Positions 20,083 to 30,346 are shown, numbered from the stretch's first letter. The stretch: 64,000 nucleotides of DNA from Candidatus Poribacteria bacterium (GCA_965242965.1 OZ251518.1:5216001-5280000), one strand, 5' to 3'. Program-made: numbers and translations. The notes: generated by a model not told the origin, from the letters alone.

Positions 20083-20560
20083 CCGTAGCGCGAGGGCCTG
20101 TCCCTCGCGATCGTCCGATCCCGCGAGGCGTTTTCATGGCCCGTAGCGCGAGGGCCTGTCCCTCGCGATCGTTGGGGTACGCGAACGATTCGCGCACCTC
20201 TGTAGTTCGGGAGCGCCTGCTCCCGAACGGTTCAAGAGCAGGTGCTCTTGAACTACAGAGGGGAGGGGGTCTGGCGCGCGGAACGATGGCGAGGGACAGG
20301 CCCTCGCCCTACGGTGAAAGGGGGCGTTCTGGATACCGTAGCGCGGGGGCCTGTCCCCCGAGATCTCCATCGTCACGATGCCCTCTTTAGGTCCTTTAGG
20401 ACCTTAATGTCTATAGAAACCCGTGTCGTCTCGTTGTCAAGGTCCTTTAGGTCCTTAATATGGAAAACACGCGATGCGTCGAAATCTATTAAGGACCTAA
20501 AGGACCTTAGCGTTCTTCGTATCGCGGCTGCTATAGACATTAAGGTCCTACGGACCTAAA
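20083..20560. repeat. Composite REP cluster with AGGTCC/CTATAG palindrome
   Basis: Multiple GTAG REPs then ~170-bp palindromic module. Confidence 0.85.
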
Positions 20561-20670
20561 GAGACGTTTTTTTCCGCAACCAAAATAACCTTGACAAAAA
20601 ACCTACACTTCTGTTAAAATAAATCATAACCAAGACATCGTCTTTTGACGATGCCAAAACACAGGAGGAA

Positions 20671-21213
20671 ATGAAAATGAAATGGATTTTAGGGTTACTC
20701 ATCGCGATGCTGATTGCATCCCCTGCAATTGCGCAAGTGACACGCGCAGAGGTCGAACAGATTGCCGCAGCATCCGACGCGCGCATCCTCGCCAAACTAG
20801 AAAAAATAAATGAAAAACTCGCCACGGTGGAAACCGACATCGCGGTGTTGAAAGCCTTACTCCACAAGACCGAAACCGAACTTAAGCAATACGTTAACCT
20901 TAAGTTTGATGCCTTGAATCGCGAACAGGCAGAACGCGATAAGCGCGTTGAGACAGAAATCCGCGGTCTCACTCGGCAGCTCTCCTTCGTGCAATTCTTA
21001 CTAGGCATCTTGGTAACAGGGCTCTTGACGGTGCTCCTCGCGTTCCTCAAAAATCAGTGGGATAAACGGAAGGAAGGCGACGAAAAACTCGGCGCACAGC
21101 AAAAGGAGTTAACGGAACAGCAAAAAGCGTTAGCGGAAAAACAATCCGAGATTGATGCCTTGCGCGCCGAAAATGAACGTATGAAAAATACATTGGATAG
21201 CGAGGTTCTGTAG
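20671..21213 (+). CDS. Hypothetical coiled-coil membrane protein
   Basis: Signal peptide, coiled coil, one TM helix; AGGAGG RBS; upstream TTGACA...TAAAAT. Confidence 0.7.
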   Translation: MKMKWILGLLIAMLIASPAIAQVTRAEVEQIAAASDARILAKLEKINEKLATVETDIAVLKALLHKTETELKQYVNLKFDALNREQAERDKRVETEIRGLTRQLSFVQFLLGILVTGLLTVLLAFLKNQWDKRKEGDEKLGAQQKELTEQQKALAEKQSEIDALRAENERMKNTLDSEVL

Positions 21214-21710
21214 TTCGGGAGCGTCTGCTCCCGAACGGGTCAGGATCAGGCGCTCTTGCCCTACAGAGGGAGACACGTCATTTTCCGCGTAGCGCGGGGG
21301 CCTGTCCCCCGCGATCGTTCGATCGCGCGGACGATTCGCGCCACCACATTTGTAGTTCGGGAGCACCCGCTCCCGAAATGGATCAAGAGCAGGCGCTCTT
21401 GAACTACAGAGAAGAGGGGAGGAGGTCTGGTGCGCGGAACGATGGCGAGGGACAGGCCCTCGCCCTACGGTAAGGGGAGGCGGCCTTGGCAACCGTAGCG
21501 CGGGGGCCTGTCCCCCGCGATCGTTGTTGGTAGGAGAGACCTCCTGGTCTCGATGTTCCCATTCTGTAGTTCGGGAGCGCCCGCTCCCGAAACGGGTCAA
21601 GAGCAGGCGCTCTTGACCTACAGAGGGGAGGGAGTCTGGCGCGCGGAACGATGGCGAGGGAAACCCGCTCGCATGCGCGTGTGGCATCCGAGGGCCCTCG
21701 CCCTACAGTA
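21208..21710. repeat. Composite REP cluster
   Basis: GTAGTTCGGGAGC..GCTCCCGAA, GTAGCGCGGGGG and GTAGGAGAGACC units. Confidence 0.85.
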
Positions 21711-21793
21711 AGGGATAGCGTTTCGTGCTCTCTTAATTATGATTCTGAAAAAATTTGCGATATATTCCGAATTTTGCTATACTATTTCATAAT

Positions 21794-21833
21794 GCAAAAC
21801 AGAGCAAAACAGAGCAAAACAGAGCAAAACAGA
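21794..21833 (+). repeat. 10-bp tandem repeat x4 in 5' leader
   Basis: (GCAAAACAGA)4 immediately upstream of RBS. Confidence 0.9.
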
Positions 21834-21849
21834 TTTGGAGGGAAATTGC

Positions 21850-22821
21850 ATGAACAGACCCGAGAGAAAGTGGGACGACACCATTGTCCGCTACCCAGAT
21901 CCGGCGATTGAAGTCATTGACTCCCGGTTCGCGAAATACAAAATCGGCAATTCTGTTGTGGAACGGCTATGGACAGGCGCACGCTGGTCCGAAGGACCCG
22001 TCTGGTTCGGGGATGGCGGCTATTTGCTATGGAGCGATATCCCCAACAATCGCATCCTGAAATGGGAGGAAGCTACCGGTGAGGTGAGCGTCTATCGCCA
22101 GCCTTCTAATTATAGCAACGGCCACACCCGCGACCGGCAGGGGCGACTTATCAGTTGCGAGCACGGCGCACGACGCGTTACACGCACCGAATACGATGGC
22201 ACTATCACCGTGCTGATGGACAGTTTCAACGGAAAACCGCTCAATGCCCCGAACGATGTTGCCGTTCATCCCGATGGACATATCTGGTTCACCGACCCGG
22301 GCTACGGCATTATGCTCAACTACGAGGGACACAAAGCTGAGTTTGAACTGCCTACCTGCGTCTATCGCCTTAACCCCGACACCGGCGAGGCAACTGTCGT
22401 GACAGATAAACTGGAGAAACCGAACGGGCTCTGCTTCTCACCCGACTACACGAAACTTTACCTCGTTGACACCGGTGTCACGCACAAAGAGGGAACGCCG
22501 CGGCACCTCTTCGTCTACGATGTGGTGGACAACGCGCGGTTGAGAAATAAGCAGGTATTCTGTGATATGTCACCCGGTATCGCGGACGGCATCCGGTGCG
22601 ATATTGATGGGAATCTGTGGGCGAGTGCCGGTTGGGTAGGCGACGGTTACGATGGCGTGCATATCTTCGCGCCCGATGGCGCGCTCATCGGGAAGATTCA
22701 TCTGCCGGAAATCTGCTCGAACCTCTGCTTCGGCGGCGTAAAACGGAACCGACTGTTTATGACAGGCAGTCAGTCGCTCTACTCTGTCTATGTCGAAGCG
22801 CAAGGATTGCCGCTTTTCTAA
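21850..22821 (+). CDS. SMP-30/gluconolactonase family protein
   Basis: WSEGPVW, WSDIPNN, PLNAPND, PNGLCFSPD, DGIRCD. Confidence 0.92.
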   Translation: MNRPERKWDDTIVRYPDPAIEVIDSRFAKYKIGNSVVERLWTGARWSEGPVWFGDGGYLLWSDIPNNRILKWEEATGEVSVYRQPSNYSNGHTRDRQGRLISCEHGARRVTRTEYDGTITVLMDSFNGKPLNAPNDVAVHPDGHIWFTDPGYGIMLNYEGHKAEFELPTCVYRLNPDTGEATVVTDKLEKPNGLCFSPDYTKLYLVDTGVTHKEGTPRHLFVYDVVDNARLRNKQVFCDMSPGIADGIRCDIDGNLWASAGWVGDGYDGVHIFAPDGALIGKIHLPEICSNLCFGGVKRNRLFMTGSQSLYSVYVEAQGLPLF

Positions 22822-22858
22822 AAAAAGAAGGGGTTATTTTTTGACGCAGAGGCACACT

Positions 22859-23716
22859 ATGGCATCAATCCAACCCGCCGCCGAACGTATTGTGGATAAC
22901 AAAAAACTAGAATCCATTGATTGCCCGACGTGCGAGCGCGATGTCGCCGAACTGCTTTTCCGGAAGGATTCGCTGTCCATCGTTGCGTGCAAGGAGTGCG
23001 GTTTGCGGTATGTGAACCCTCGCCTCCGCCGCCAGACGTTGGAAGAGAATTACGTCGAAGACTACTATCCGCCGGAAAAAATTAACCGCATCCAAACCGA
23101 CACGATGGAATGGTTGCAGATGGCGGAACGGCTGGAGGAGTTGGAACAACACCTTCCAATGCGAGGAAGACTGCTGGATGTCGGATGCGGAATTGGAACG
23201 TTCCTGCACCTCGCATCCGAACGAGGCTGGACTCCACACGGTATTGAACCTTCAAAAAGCGGTGCCGCCTTCGCAAAAGAGAATTATCAACTGGACGTGC
23301 AGTGCGGAGCTCTCTGCGATGCCGATTTTCCGACAGCGCATTTTGATGCAATCACGGCTTATCACGTGTTGGAGCACATCTCGGAGTTAAACCCGTTTCT
23401 CGGCGAGTTGCGGCGGATTTTGAAACCGCAGACAGGGAAACTTGTCATTGAGGTGCCGAACGGTGGCAGTCTGCAGAGCCTGCTTCAGAAAGCGGATTGG
23501 CCCTATGTCCACCCCCGCGACCATCTCTACTATTTTTCCGTGCGCACGTTGCCAAAACTGCTGAGGAAACACGGATTTGGAGAGTTCGCTTTGGGCAAAC
23601 CGCGGCGTGTGAGTCCCAAGAAAGGCACCAGTGTCGCGCTTCGCGGCGCGACGACAGCGATGCTCGTCCGCCTCCATCTCGGCACCGTCATTCGCGTCTA
23701 TGCGAGTTGTTCGTAG
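22859..23716 (+). CDS. Class I SAM-dependent methyltransferase
   Basis: N-terminal CxxC..CxxC, LLDVGCGIG, HVLEH, IEVPN. Confidence 0.85.
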   Translation: MASIQPAAERIVDNKKLESIDCPTCERDVAELLFRKDSLSIVACKECGLRYVNPRLRRQTLEENYVEDYYPPEKINRIQTDTMEWLQMAERLEELEQHLPMRGRLLDVGCGIGTFLHLASERGWTPHGIEPSKSGAAFAKENYQLDVQCGALCDADFPTAHFDAITAYHVLEHISELNPFLGELRRILKPQTGKLVIEVPNGGSLQSLLQKADWPYVHPRDHLYYFSVRTLPKLLRKHGFGEFALGKPRRVSPKKGTSVALRGATTAMLVRLHLGTVIRVYASCS

Positions 23717-23770
23717 TTCGCGATGCGTTCGTTAGGTTTGGTTTGAGACCGCGCATCAACGCACGCGCGC

Positions 23771-24259
23771 CTACCGAGAAATGGAAAAGGTCTGAATGAC
23801 ATCGTTCATGAGTAGCCTATTGGCGATGGTTTCAAGCAACGCGGCATTCAGCGCGCCGGTGAGCCAATATTTATGTCCTGTGCGGATAGCGTTGACACCC
23901 GTGATGCCCAGGTCTTTGATGCCTTTGACGGTGCTATCGCCGACAGCATCGGTGACACCGGGTTTGAATTGCACCTCAATAGTCCAGGCATCGGTTGCGG
24001 TGGGATTTGTGTTCCCGCTATTACCGGCATTGGGAAGCTGCACGGCGGAATATGTCTGCGTTATCGCATCGGCGAGCAGTTCCGTGCTAATTCTATTGAT
24101 AGTTTGCGCGTCAAGCGCGCCTTCAAGCCAGAACAGCGTTGCCGTTCGCACGGACGCAACGCCGCGAATCCCGAGGTCTGCAATATCCTCAAGGATGCCC
24201 TGTCCGACGGTGTCAGGGACTTCCGGTTTATAGTAGACTTCAATTTTCCAGTTTTGCAT
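23771..24259 (-). CDS. purS: FGAM synthase subunit PurS, tandem two-domain form
   Basis: Two repeats of IEVxxKPxVxDxVG...DLGIxGV...VRT. Confidence 0.75.
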   Translation of the reverse strand: MQNWKIEVYYKPEVPDTVGQGILEDIADLGIRGVASVRTATLFWLEGALDAQTINRISTELLADAITQTYSAVQLPNAGNSGNTNPTATDAWTIEVQFKPGVTDAVGDSTVKGIKDLGITGVNAIRTGHKYWLTGALNAALLETIANRLLMNDVIQTFSISR

Positions 24260-24324
24260 AGTTTTTTATGATATTGTAGGGCGTGGTTCTGTCCGCTGCC
24301 ACGCGCCGGTCTTCTCATTAATGG

Positions 24325-24652
24325 AGATCGCGAGGGACAGGCCCTCGCCCTACGGTGACGTGCCGTTTTTTCCCCGTAGCGCGGGGGCCTGTCCCCCGCG
24401 AGCGTTGAATTGCGCGAGAACGATGGCGAGGGAAACCCGCTCGGATGCGCGTGTGGCATCCGAGGGCCCTCGCCCTACGGTGAGAGGGAGGCGTTTTTTC
24501 CCCGTAGCGCGGGGGCCTGTCCCCCGAGATCGTTGGAGTGCGCGAGAACGTTCGCGAGGGAAACCCGCTCGCATGCGCGTATGGCATCCGAGGGCCCTCG
24601 CCCTACGGAATCCTGATAGACGTTCGCGAGGGACAGGCCCTCGCGCTACGGA
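24325..24652. repeat. Composite REP cluster
   Basis: Duplicated REP doublets including loop-insertion variant. Confidence 0.85.
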
Positions 24653-24680
24653 ATCCCAGAGAAACATGAAACAACCAGAA

Positions 24681-25532
24681 ATGTCAATCAACGCTTTGCA
24701 ACAATCCAAAATGCCCAAGCAACCGGTCCGCGTTTTAGTTTTCGGCGCGCATCCCGATGATTGCGATATGCAAGCGGGAGGTGTCGCCGCCTTGTATACG
24801 CAACAGGGACACTGCGTGAAATTTGTCTCCGTTACCAACGGCGATGCCGGGCACCACGAAATGGGAGGTGGCCCCTTGGCGCGCCGCAGAGCCGCCGAAG
24901 CGCAAGCCGCCGCGGAAGTCATCGGCATTGAGTATGAATTGCTTGATAATCACGATGGCGAACTCATGCCGACGTTAGAGAACCGCTATCAAATCATTCG
25001 CACTATCCGTGAGTTTCAGCCAGATCTGGTGATGACGCACAGACCGAATGATTATCACCCAGACCATCGGTATACCTCAACGCTGGTGCAGGATGCGGCG
25101 TATATGGTGACGGTGCCGAACTTATGCGCGCTCACACCGCATCTGGAGAAAAATCCGGTCATCGCCTATCTGAACGACCGGTTTATGAAACCTTATCCGT
25201 TTACGCCGGATGTCGCTGTCGGCATTGACGCGGTGGTTGAGCAGAAAATCGACATGCTGCATCGCCACACCTCGCAACTCTACGAATGGCTGCCCTACAA
25301 CAGCGGCACTTTAGCCGATGTTCCGGAAGGAGAAGAAGCGCGTCGCGCGTGGCTGGCGAACAGGTTGTTAACCCGGTTCCACGGCATCGCGGAGAAACAC
25401 CGCGCGCTGCTGGTTTCTCTCTATGGAGAAGAAGTCGGGCACGAAATCCGATACGCCGAAGTCTTTGAGGGATGCGAATACGGGGCTCCGCTCACCGCGG
25501 AAAATATCCCTACGCTTTTCCCGTTTTTTTGA
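24681..25532 (+). CDS. PIG-L/LmbE family deacetylase (start 24681 or 24711)
   Basis: GAHPDD, TNGDAG, DYHPDH motifs. Confidence 0.88.
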   Translation: MSINALQQSKMPKQPVRVLVFGAHPDDCDMQAGGVAALYTQQGHCVKFVSVTNGDAGHHEMGGGPLARRRAAEAQAAAEVIGIEYELLDNHDGELMPTLENRYQIIRTIREFQPDLVMTHRPNDYHPDHRYTSTLVQDAAYMVTVPNLCALTPHLEKNPVIAYLNDRFMKPYPFTPDVAVGIDAVVEQKIDMLHRHTSQLYEWLPYNSGTLADVPEGEEARRAWLANRLLTRFHGIAEKHRALLVSLYGEEVGHEIRYAEVFEGCEYGAPLTAENIPTLFPFF

Positions 25533-25802
25533 ACATAACAAAAACAGAGTGATTCAGTTCTCCACGGAGACTGAATAGTCCTGAGTCTTGACAACTGTAG
25601 GGCAGGATCGCCTGATCCTGACCCCGTTCGAGATCGGGCGATCTCGAACTACAGAGGTGGGCCCAATGCCTTTCGGTATTCGCCCTCCCGCAAGGGGGAT
25701 AACTACCGAAACGGAGTTATGAAACACCCGCAATATAAACGTTAGAGTCTCGGTGATGTCCACCGAACGCATTGCGAAAAACAAAAAAGCGAAAAACAAA
25801 AA

Positions 25803-26063
25803 ATGCCAACAGAAGAAGCCAGTCCCCGAACGCTCATGGTTATCGTCTGCATCATCGGTCTGATTTTTGCGATTGTGATGGTAATCCTCTTTTTCAACGC
25901 CGCTCCAGCACGCTCAAACATAGAGGTGCATCGGCAATCGGCGGAGGATGCCGCATGCCTCAAATGCCATTTGAAAGGCGACGAAAAGTCACCGACGATG
26001 CCGCATCTTGACCTGGGCAATTGCAACTTGTGCCACGGGCTATCAAAAGAGCCGCCGCGCTAA
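25803..26063 (+). CDS. Small membrane-anchored diheme c-type cytochrome
   Basis: TM helix followed by CLKCH and CNLCH heme-binding motifs, with MPH between them. Confidence 0.7.
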   Translation: MPTEEASPRTLMVIVCIIGLIFAIVMVILFFNAAPARSNIEVHRQSAEDAACLKCHLKGDEKSPTMPHLDLGNCNLCHGLSKEPPR

Positions 26064-26927
26064 AACCGCAACCCACGTGATGCAGTCTTCTGCCTCGCGC
26101 ACAACCTGCAGACATTGGAAACCGCGCGCCTCCAAAACGGATTTGATTTGGCAGAACTCCGTATCCAGAATCCCAGAGAAAATGACGTGCCCTTCAGGAT
26201 GCAGGCGAGAGGCGCAATCCGGGATGATAGGAAGAATCGCCTTCGTCAAAATATTGCCGACGATGAGGTGATAGATGCCTCGCTGTTCCTTGAGTCCATC
26301 GCCTTGCAAGAGCCGCACCTGCGCATTAACATCGTTCTGACGAAAATTGGATGCTGCCACAGGTATCGCCGTTGCATCGAGTTCAATGGCATCAACCTGT
26401 TTTGCTCCTAACTTGACAGCGGCGATTGCCAAGATGCCAGACCCGGTGCCAATATCGGCAACGTCGTAGTCTGGTTTCACTGCGTCCTCCAACAATTCGA
26501 GAGAGAGTCGAGTCGTTGGATGGTAACCCGTGCCGAATGCCATGCCCGGGTCCAGCCGAATCAAGATGTCCGCGTCGGCAGGCACAATATCCTCCCACGT
26601 CGGTGCGATGAGGAACCGTTTTCCGATGCGCTGCGGAGGGAAGGCGGCTTTCCATGCTTCCTCCCACGCCTCGGATTCTATGTGTTTGAGCGAAATCTGC
26701 GCCGGTAGCGGCTCAATTCCCCATGCCGGAAGTTGCGAAAGAAAATCGCGCAACTGCTGCACCTTCGCGCCGACGCTGTCATCCAGCGGATAGTAGGCGA
26801 TGAGACAGGTTGTCACCGCCGAACCGGTTTTGAACTCAACGCCGTGCGCTTTCAATTCAAACAGATAGTTCGCGACCGCGTCGGCTGCTTCTTGAGAAGT
26901 GGTTATCGTGAGTTGTGCCCAGTGCAT
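26043..26927 (-). CDS. prmA: Ribosomal protein L11 methyltransferase
   Basis: LDPGMAFGTGYHPTT, DIGTGSGILAI, SGIL. Confidence 0.93.
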   Translation of the reverse strand: MHWAQLTITTSQEAADAVANYLFELKAHGVEFKTGSAVTTCLIAYYPLDDSVGAKVQQLRDFLSQLPAWGIEPLPAQISLKHIESEAWEEAWKAAFPPQRIGKRFLIAPTWEDIVPADADILIRLDPGMAFGTGYHPTTRLSLELLEDAVKPDYDVADIGTGSGILAIAAVKLGAKQVDAIELDATAIPVAASNFRQNDVNAQVRLLQGDGLKEQRGIYHLIVGNILTKAILPIIPDCASRLHPEGHVIFSGILDTEFCQIKSVLEARGFQCLQVVREAEDCITWVAVLARRLF

Positions 26928-26954
26928 ATTTTCTATATTGCGTCGCCTTCAATT

Positions 26955-27893
26955 TTATTTCACCTTGACGATGAGGAGCTCGTGGGATTGCTTGACATAC
27001 CCTGTGCCATTCTTGATGCGTTTTTTGCCGATACGGGTTTCGCCTTGCCCCAACGTGTATTGCCATTCCACCGTGAGGATTCGGAAATCGGCGTACCACC
27101 GTCGGATCGTCTCGCAGTCGTTATAGGAGAGGACGAAACCGCCGTTGTGCGCGTGAAGCAGGTCGCGTAGCACCTCGTGCTTAAAACCGTTATGATGCAC
27201 CGGAAAATTCCGCTGCGGATAAATCCCCTTGAACATCTTCCCCTCATCAAGGTAATAAGGCGGATCGCAGTAGAGGAACTCTCCCGGGTGCCGAGGAATA
27301 GTTTCCTCGAAACTTCCGTGTTGCACAGATAACAGAGGACATTGGAAATTGCGCACCGTCTTTACCGCGCGGGCATATTTCCCCGGCGACTCATAAATTT
27401 TCGACATCCAACCGAGGAAACCGGGTCCGTAGGAAAGATTGTGGTTAAACCAGTAGTGCGCCGCCAATTCTAGCGGATTCTCGATGCGGTTTTCGTTTTT
27501 CCAATGCGCTTTGAGTCTGTGCTTAATCTCAGCGTATTGTGCTTTCGTGGGGTGCCACTGTGCCAGCCTCTCCGCAAGTTGTTCGCCTGACGTGAGTTGC
27601 ACCTGCCAATAGTTGACAAGGATATTGAAGATGTCATACGCTTGCACTTGCATGCTGAGTTCTGCAGCACAGGCAATTTCGACCGCGCCGCCGCCGATAA
27701 ACGGGGAGACCAGCTTCTCTAAACCATCGGGCATTTGTTCCACGACGTGCCCCACGCCAAGACTTTTCCCACCGGCATAACGCAGCGGAAGCCCTTTGTA
27801 ACGCGCGTATTTATACGTGCCTTGACTTCTCAGCGATTCTAAAAATAGCACTCTCAAAGAGGTGCCAAAAAGGTCTGGGTAGTTCTCTTGCAT
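26955..27893 (-). CDS. DNA adenine methyltransferase (Dam/D12 class), orphan in window
   Basis: LRYAGGKS, SPFIGGG, YCDPPY, LSYND, ELLI motifs. Confidence 0.88.
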   Translation of the reverse strand: MQENYPDLFGTSLRVLFLESLRSQGTYKYARYKGLPLRYAGGKSLGVGHVVEQMPDGLEKLVSPFIGGGAVEIACAAELSMQVQAYDIFNILVNYWQVQLTSGEQLAERLAQWHPTKAQYAEIKHRLKAHWKNENRIENPLELAAHYWFNHNLSYGPGFLGWMSKIYESPGKYARAVKTVRNFQCPLLSVQHGSFEETIPRHPGEFLYCDPPYYLDEGKMFKGIYPQRNFPVHHNGFKHEVLRDLLHAHNGGFVLSYNDCETIRRWYADFRILTVEWQYTLGQGETRIGKKRIKNGTGYVKQSHELLIVKVK

Positions 27894-27944
27894 CTTGGAT
27901 TCCTATGCTTGGCGCGTTGTCTTGACGCTGTCTCGATTTTTCTC

Positions 27945-28440
27945 TATCGCAGGGCGGGGGCCTGTCCCCCGCAGGCAGTAATCGAGACCAGGAGGTCTCT
28001 CCTACGGCCTTCTCTATCGTAGGGCGGGGGCCTGTCCCCCGCCATGCTCCGAGTAATCGAGACCGGGAGGTCTCTCCTACGGCCTTCTGTACCGTAGGGC
28101 GGGGGCCTGTCCCCCGCCATGCTCCGAGTTGCCTAGTGATGACGATCGCGAGGGACAGGCCCTCGCGCTACGGTAGATGAGAATTATGATAAACCGCGAG
28201 GGACAGGCCAGTAGGAGAGACCTCCTGGTCTCGATGCGGTTGCTCGCGAGGGACAGGCCCTCGCGCTACGGCAGATGAGAATTATGATAAACGATCGCGA
28301 GGGACAGGCCCTCGCGCTACGGTAGATGACAGTCATGATAAACGATCGCGAGGGACAGGCCCTCGCGCTACGGAAAATGAGAATTATGATAAACGATCGC
28401 GAGGGACAGGCCCTCGCGCTACGGTAGACGAGAATTATTA
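27945..28440. repeat. REP-based tandem arrays (including ~51-bp unit x5-6)
   Basis: Unit GATCGCGAGGGACAGGCCCTCGCGCTACGGTAGATGAGAATTATGATAAAC repeated. Confidence 0.9.
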
Positions 28441-28444
28441 GACA

Positions 28445-29575
28445 CTACGCCGGGTCTTCATCGGCCGAATCATTGTGGCGAAAGATTCTGTCCCAGAAAC
28501 CACCCTCCTCCGCTTCAGTAGTTTCCCCCAAGGACACTGCAAATTCTTCCAACTTTTTGCGTTGCGTTTCGGTGAGGTGCCGCGGCGTTTCAATTTCGAT
28601 GCTGACAACTAAGTCGCCGGCAGAGGAGCGTTTATAGTGCGGGATGCCTTTACCCGGAATCCGCAGTTGCGCGCCGTATTGCGTGCCAACCGGAATCCGT
28701 AACTCTTCGGTGCCATCAATACCCTCCACCTTAATTTTCCCTCCTAACGCCGCTTGGACGAAGGAGATGCGCGCGGAGGTAACCAGATCGTTTCCTACCC
28801 GTTGGAAGCGCGTGTGTGGCAGCACGTTGATAATCACGAACAGGTCACCCGGGGGGGCACCGTGGGCACCTGCTTCGCCTTCGCCGCGCAACTGATATTT
28901 GAAACCGCTCTCAACCCCTTTGTCAACGTGCAGCGGAATATCGCGCTTGACGCGGATAAGTCCCTGTCCGTTACAAGGCTGACAAGGTTCGGTAATGATT
29001 TCACCTTCGCCGTGGCAACGCGGACAGGTGCGGGACATCGTGAAAAACCCCTGCGAGTGCGTGACCTGTCCTCTGCCATAGCATTCGGGGCATCTGTCAA
29101 TGCTTGAACCTTTCTTCGCGCCGGTGCCCTTACACGTAGGACAAGCTTCGATTCGCGGTACCGGCAGCGTCACCTCTTTGCCGGCGATGACATCTTCAAG
29201 CGTGATCTCGAGGTTGTATTGCAAGCTGCGTCCGCGCTTCGGCGCGCGCTGCGCTCCGCCGAATCCACCGAGAATCTCGCCGAAAACATCTCCGAAAATA
29301 TCATCAAGGTTGACACCAAAGCCGCCGTAATTGCCGCCGACACTTCCCTCCACGCCGGCATGTCCGAACTGGTTGTAACGGCCCCGTTTTTCAGGGTTGC
29401 TGAGCACCTCGTATGCTTCAGTGGCTTCCTTGAATTTATCTTCAGCCGCTTTGTCACCCGGATTCTTATCTGGATGATATTTAATCGCGAGTTTCCGGTA
29501 AGCCTTCTTAATCTCGTTATCATCTGCACTGCGGCTAACAGCCAGAATCTCGTAATAGTCGCGTTTTTGCGTCAT
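28445..29575 (-). CDS. dnaJ: Chaperone DnaJ
   Basis: J domain HPD, G/F region, four CxxCxGxG repeats. Confidence 0.97.
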   Translation of the reverse strand: MTQKRDYYEILAVSRSADDNEIKKAYRKLAIKYHPDKNPGDKAAEDKFKEATEAYEVLSNPEKRGRYNQFGHAGVEGSVGGNYGGFGVNLDDIFGDVFGEILGGFGGAQRAPKRGRSLQYNLEITLEDVIAGKEVTLPVPRIEACPTCKGTGAKKGSSIDRCPECYGRGQVTHSQGFFTMSRTCPRCHGEGEIITEPCQPCNGQGLIRVKRDIPLHVDKGVESGFKYQLRGEGEAGAHGAPPGDLFVIINVLPHTRFQRVGNDLVTSARISFVQAALGGKIKVEGIDGTEELRIPVGTQYGAQLRIPGKGIPHYKRSSAGDLVVSIEIETPRHLTETQRKKLEEFAVSLGETTEAEEGGFWDRIFRHNDSADEDPA

Positions 29576-29626
29576 GAAAGTTCACCTTCTGTAAAAATAG
29601 GCGATGGCGAGGGAGCGGCCCACGCC

Positions 29627-30346
29627 CTACGTTTCGTCAGTGTCGTTGTCATCGGTTTCAGGCGCAGGTTCTTCCGCCGCTGCGGGGCCCTGAGAGACAA
29701 CAACTTGGGAAGCGCGAAGGACGCGAGCATGCAACTGATACCCGCGCTGATATTCCTCAACAACCTTGCCTTCCGGCACCTCATCCGATGGCATGGCGAG
29801 AATGGCTTGATGCTGACCCGGGTCGAACGTTTCACCGAGTGCTTCAATCGGCGTGAGCCCGTGGATTTTGAGGGCATCGAGCAGCTGCTTCTGAACGAGT
29901 TGCACACCTTCGCTGAAGGTAGCAAATTCGGTGTCGGTATCGGCATCGGTATCGTCAATGTTCACTTTTTCAGCGATGCTTTTAATCGCCGCCTCCAGGC
30001 TATCTAACACGGGGATAAGCCCTTCCAGCAGTGCTTCATTGGCATATTGGAGTTTCCGCTCCGTTTCTGCCGCCACCCGTCTTTTGGCGTTTTCTGCCTC
30101 GGCGGCGGTGCGGAGGAGGCGTTCGCGCTCCGCCTCATATTGCTCGCGCGCCTCTACCGCAACCGCCTCCAACTTCTCGCGATACTCCGATTTGAGCGTA
30201 TTGAGTTCCGCCTCCACGGTTTCAAGCGTTCGTTCTTCCGGTGCCTCGCAAGTCTCCTCTGTCGTTGTCTCCGGGGCATCTTCACACTCCGAAGCCTCTG
30301 GGGTATCAACTACGATTTCTATGGGTATCTCTTTAACGTCAGACAT
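29627..30346 (-). CDS. grpE: Nucleotide exchange factor GrpE
   Basis: LRTAAEAEN, FDPGQHQA, GYQLHARVLRASQVVV. Confidence 0.95.
   Translation of the reverse strand: MSDVKEIPIEIVVDTPEASECEDAPETTTEETCEAPEERTLETVEAELNTLKSEYREKLEAVAVEAREQYEAERERLLRTAAEAENAKRRVAAETERKLQYANEALLEGLIPVLDSLEAAIKSIAEKVNIDDTDADTDTEFATFSEGVQLVQKQLLDALKIHGLTPIEALGETFDPGQHQAILAMPSDEVPEGKVVEEYQRGYQLHARVLRASQVVVSQGPAAAEEPAPETDDNDTDET

Noticed and set aside
28140-28440. Regularly spaced repeats resembling a CRISPR array
   Set aside because: Intervening sequences are near-identical, the repeat is the genome-wide REP hairpin, and no cas genes are present
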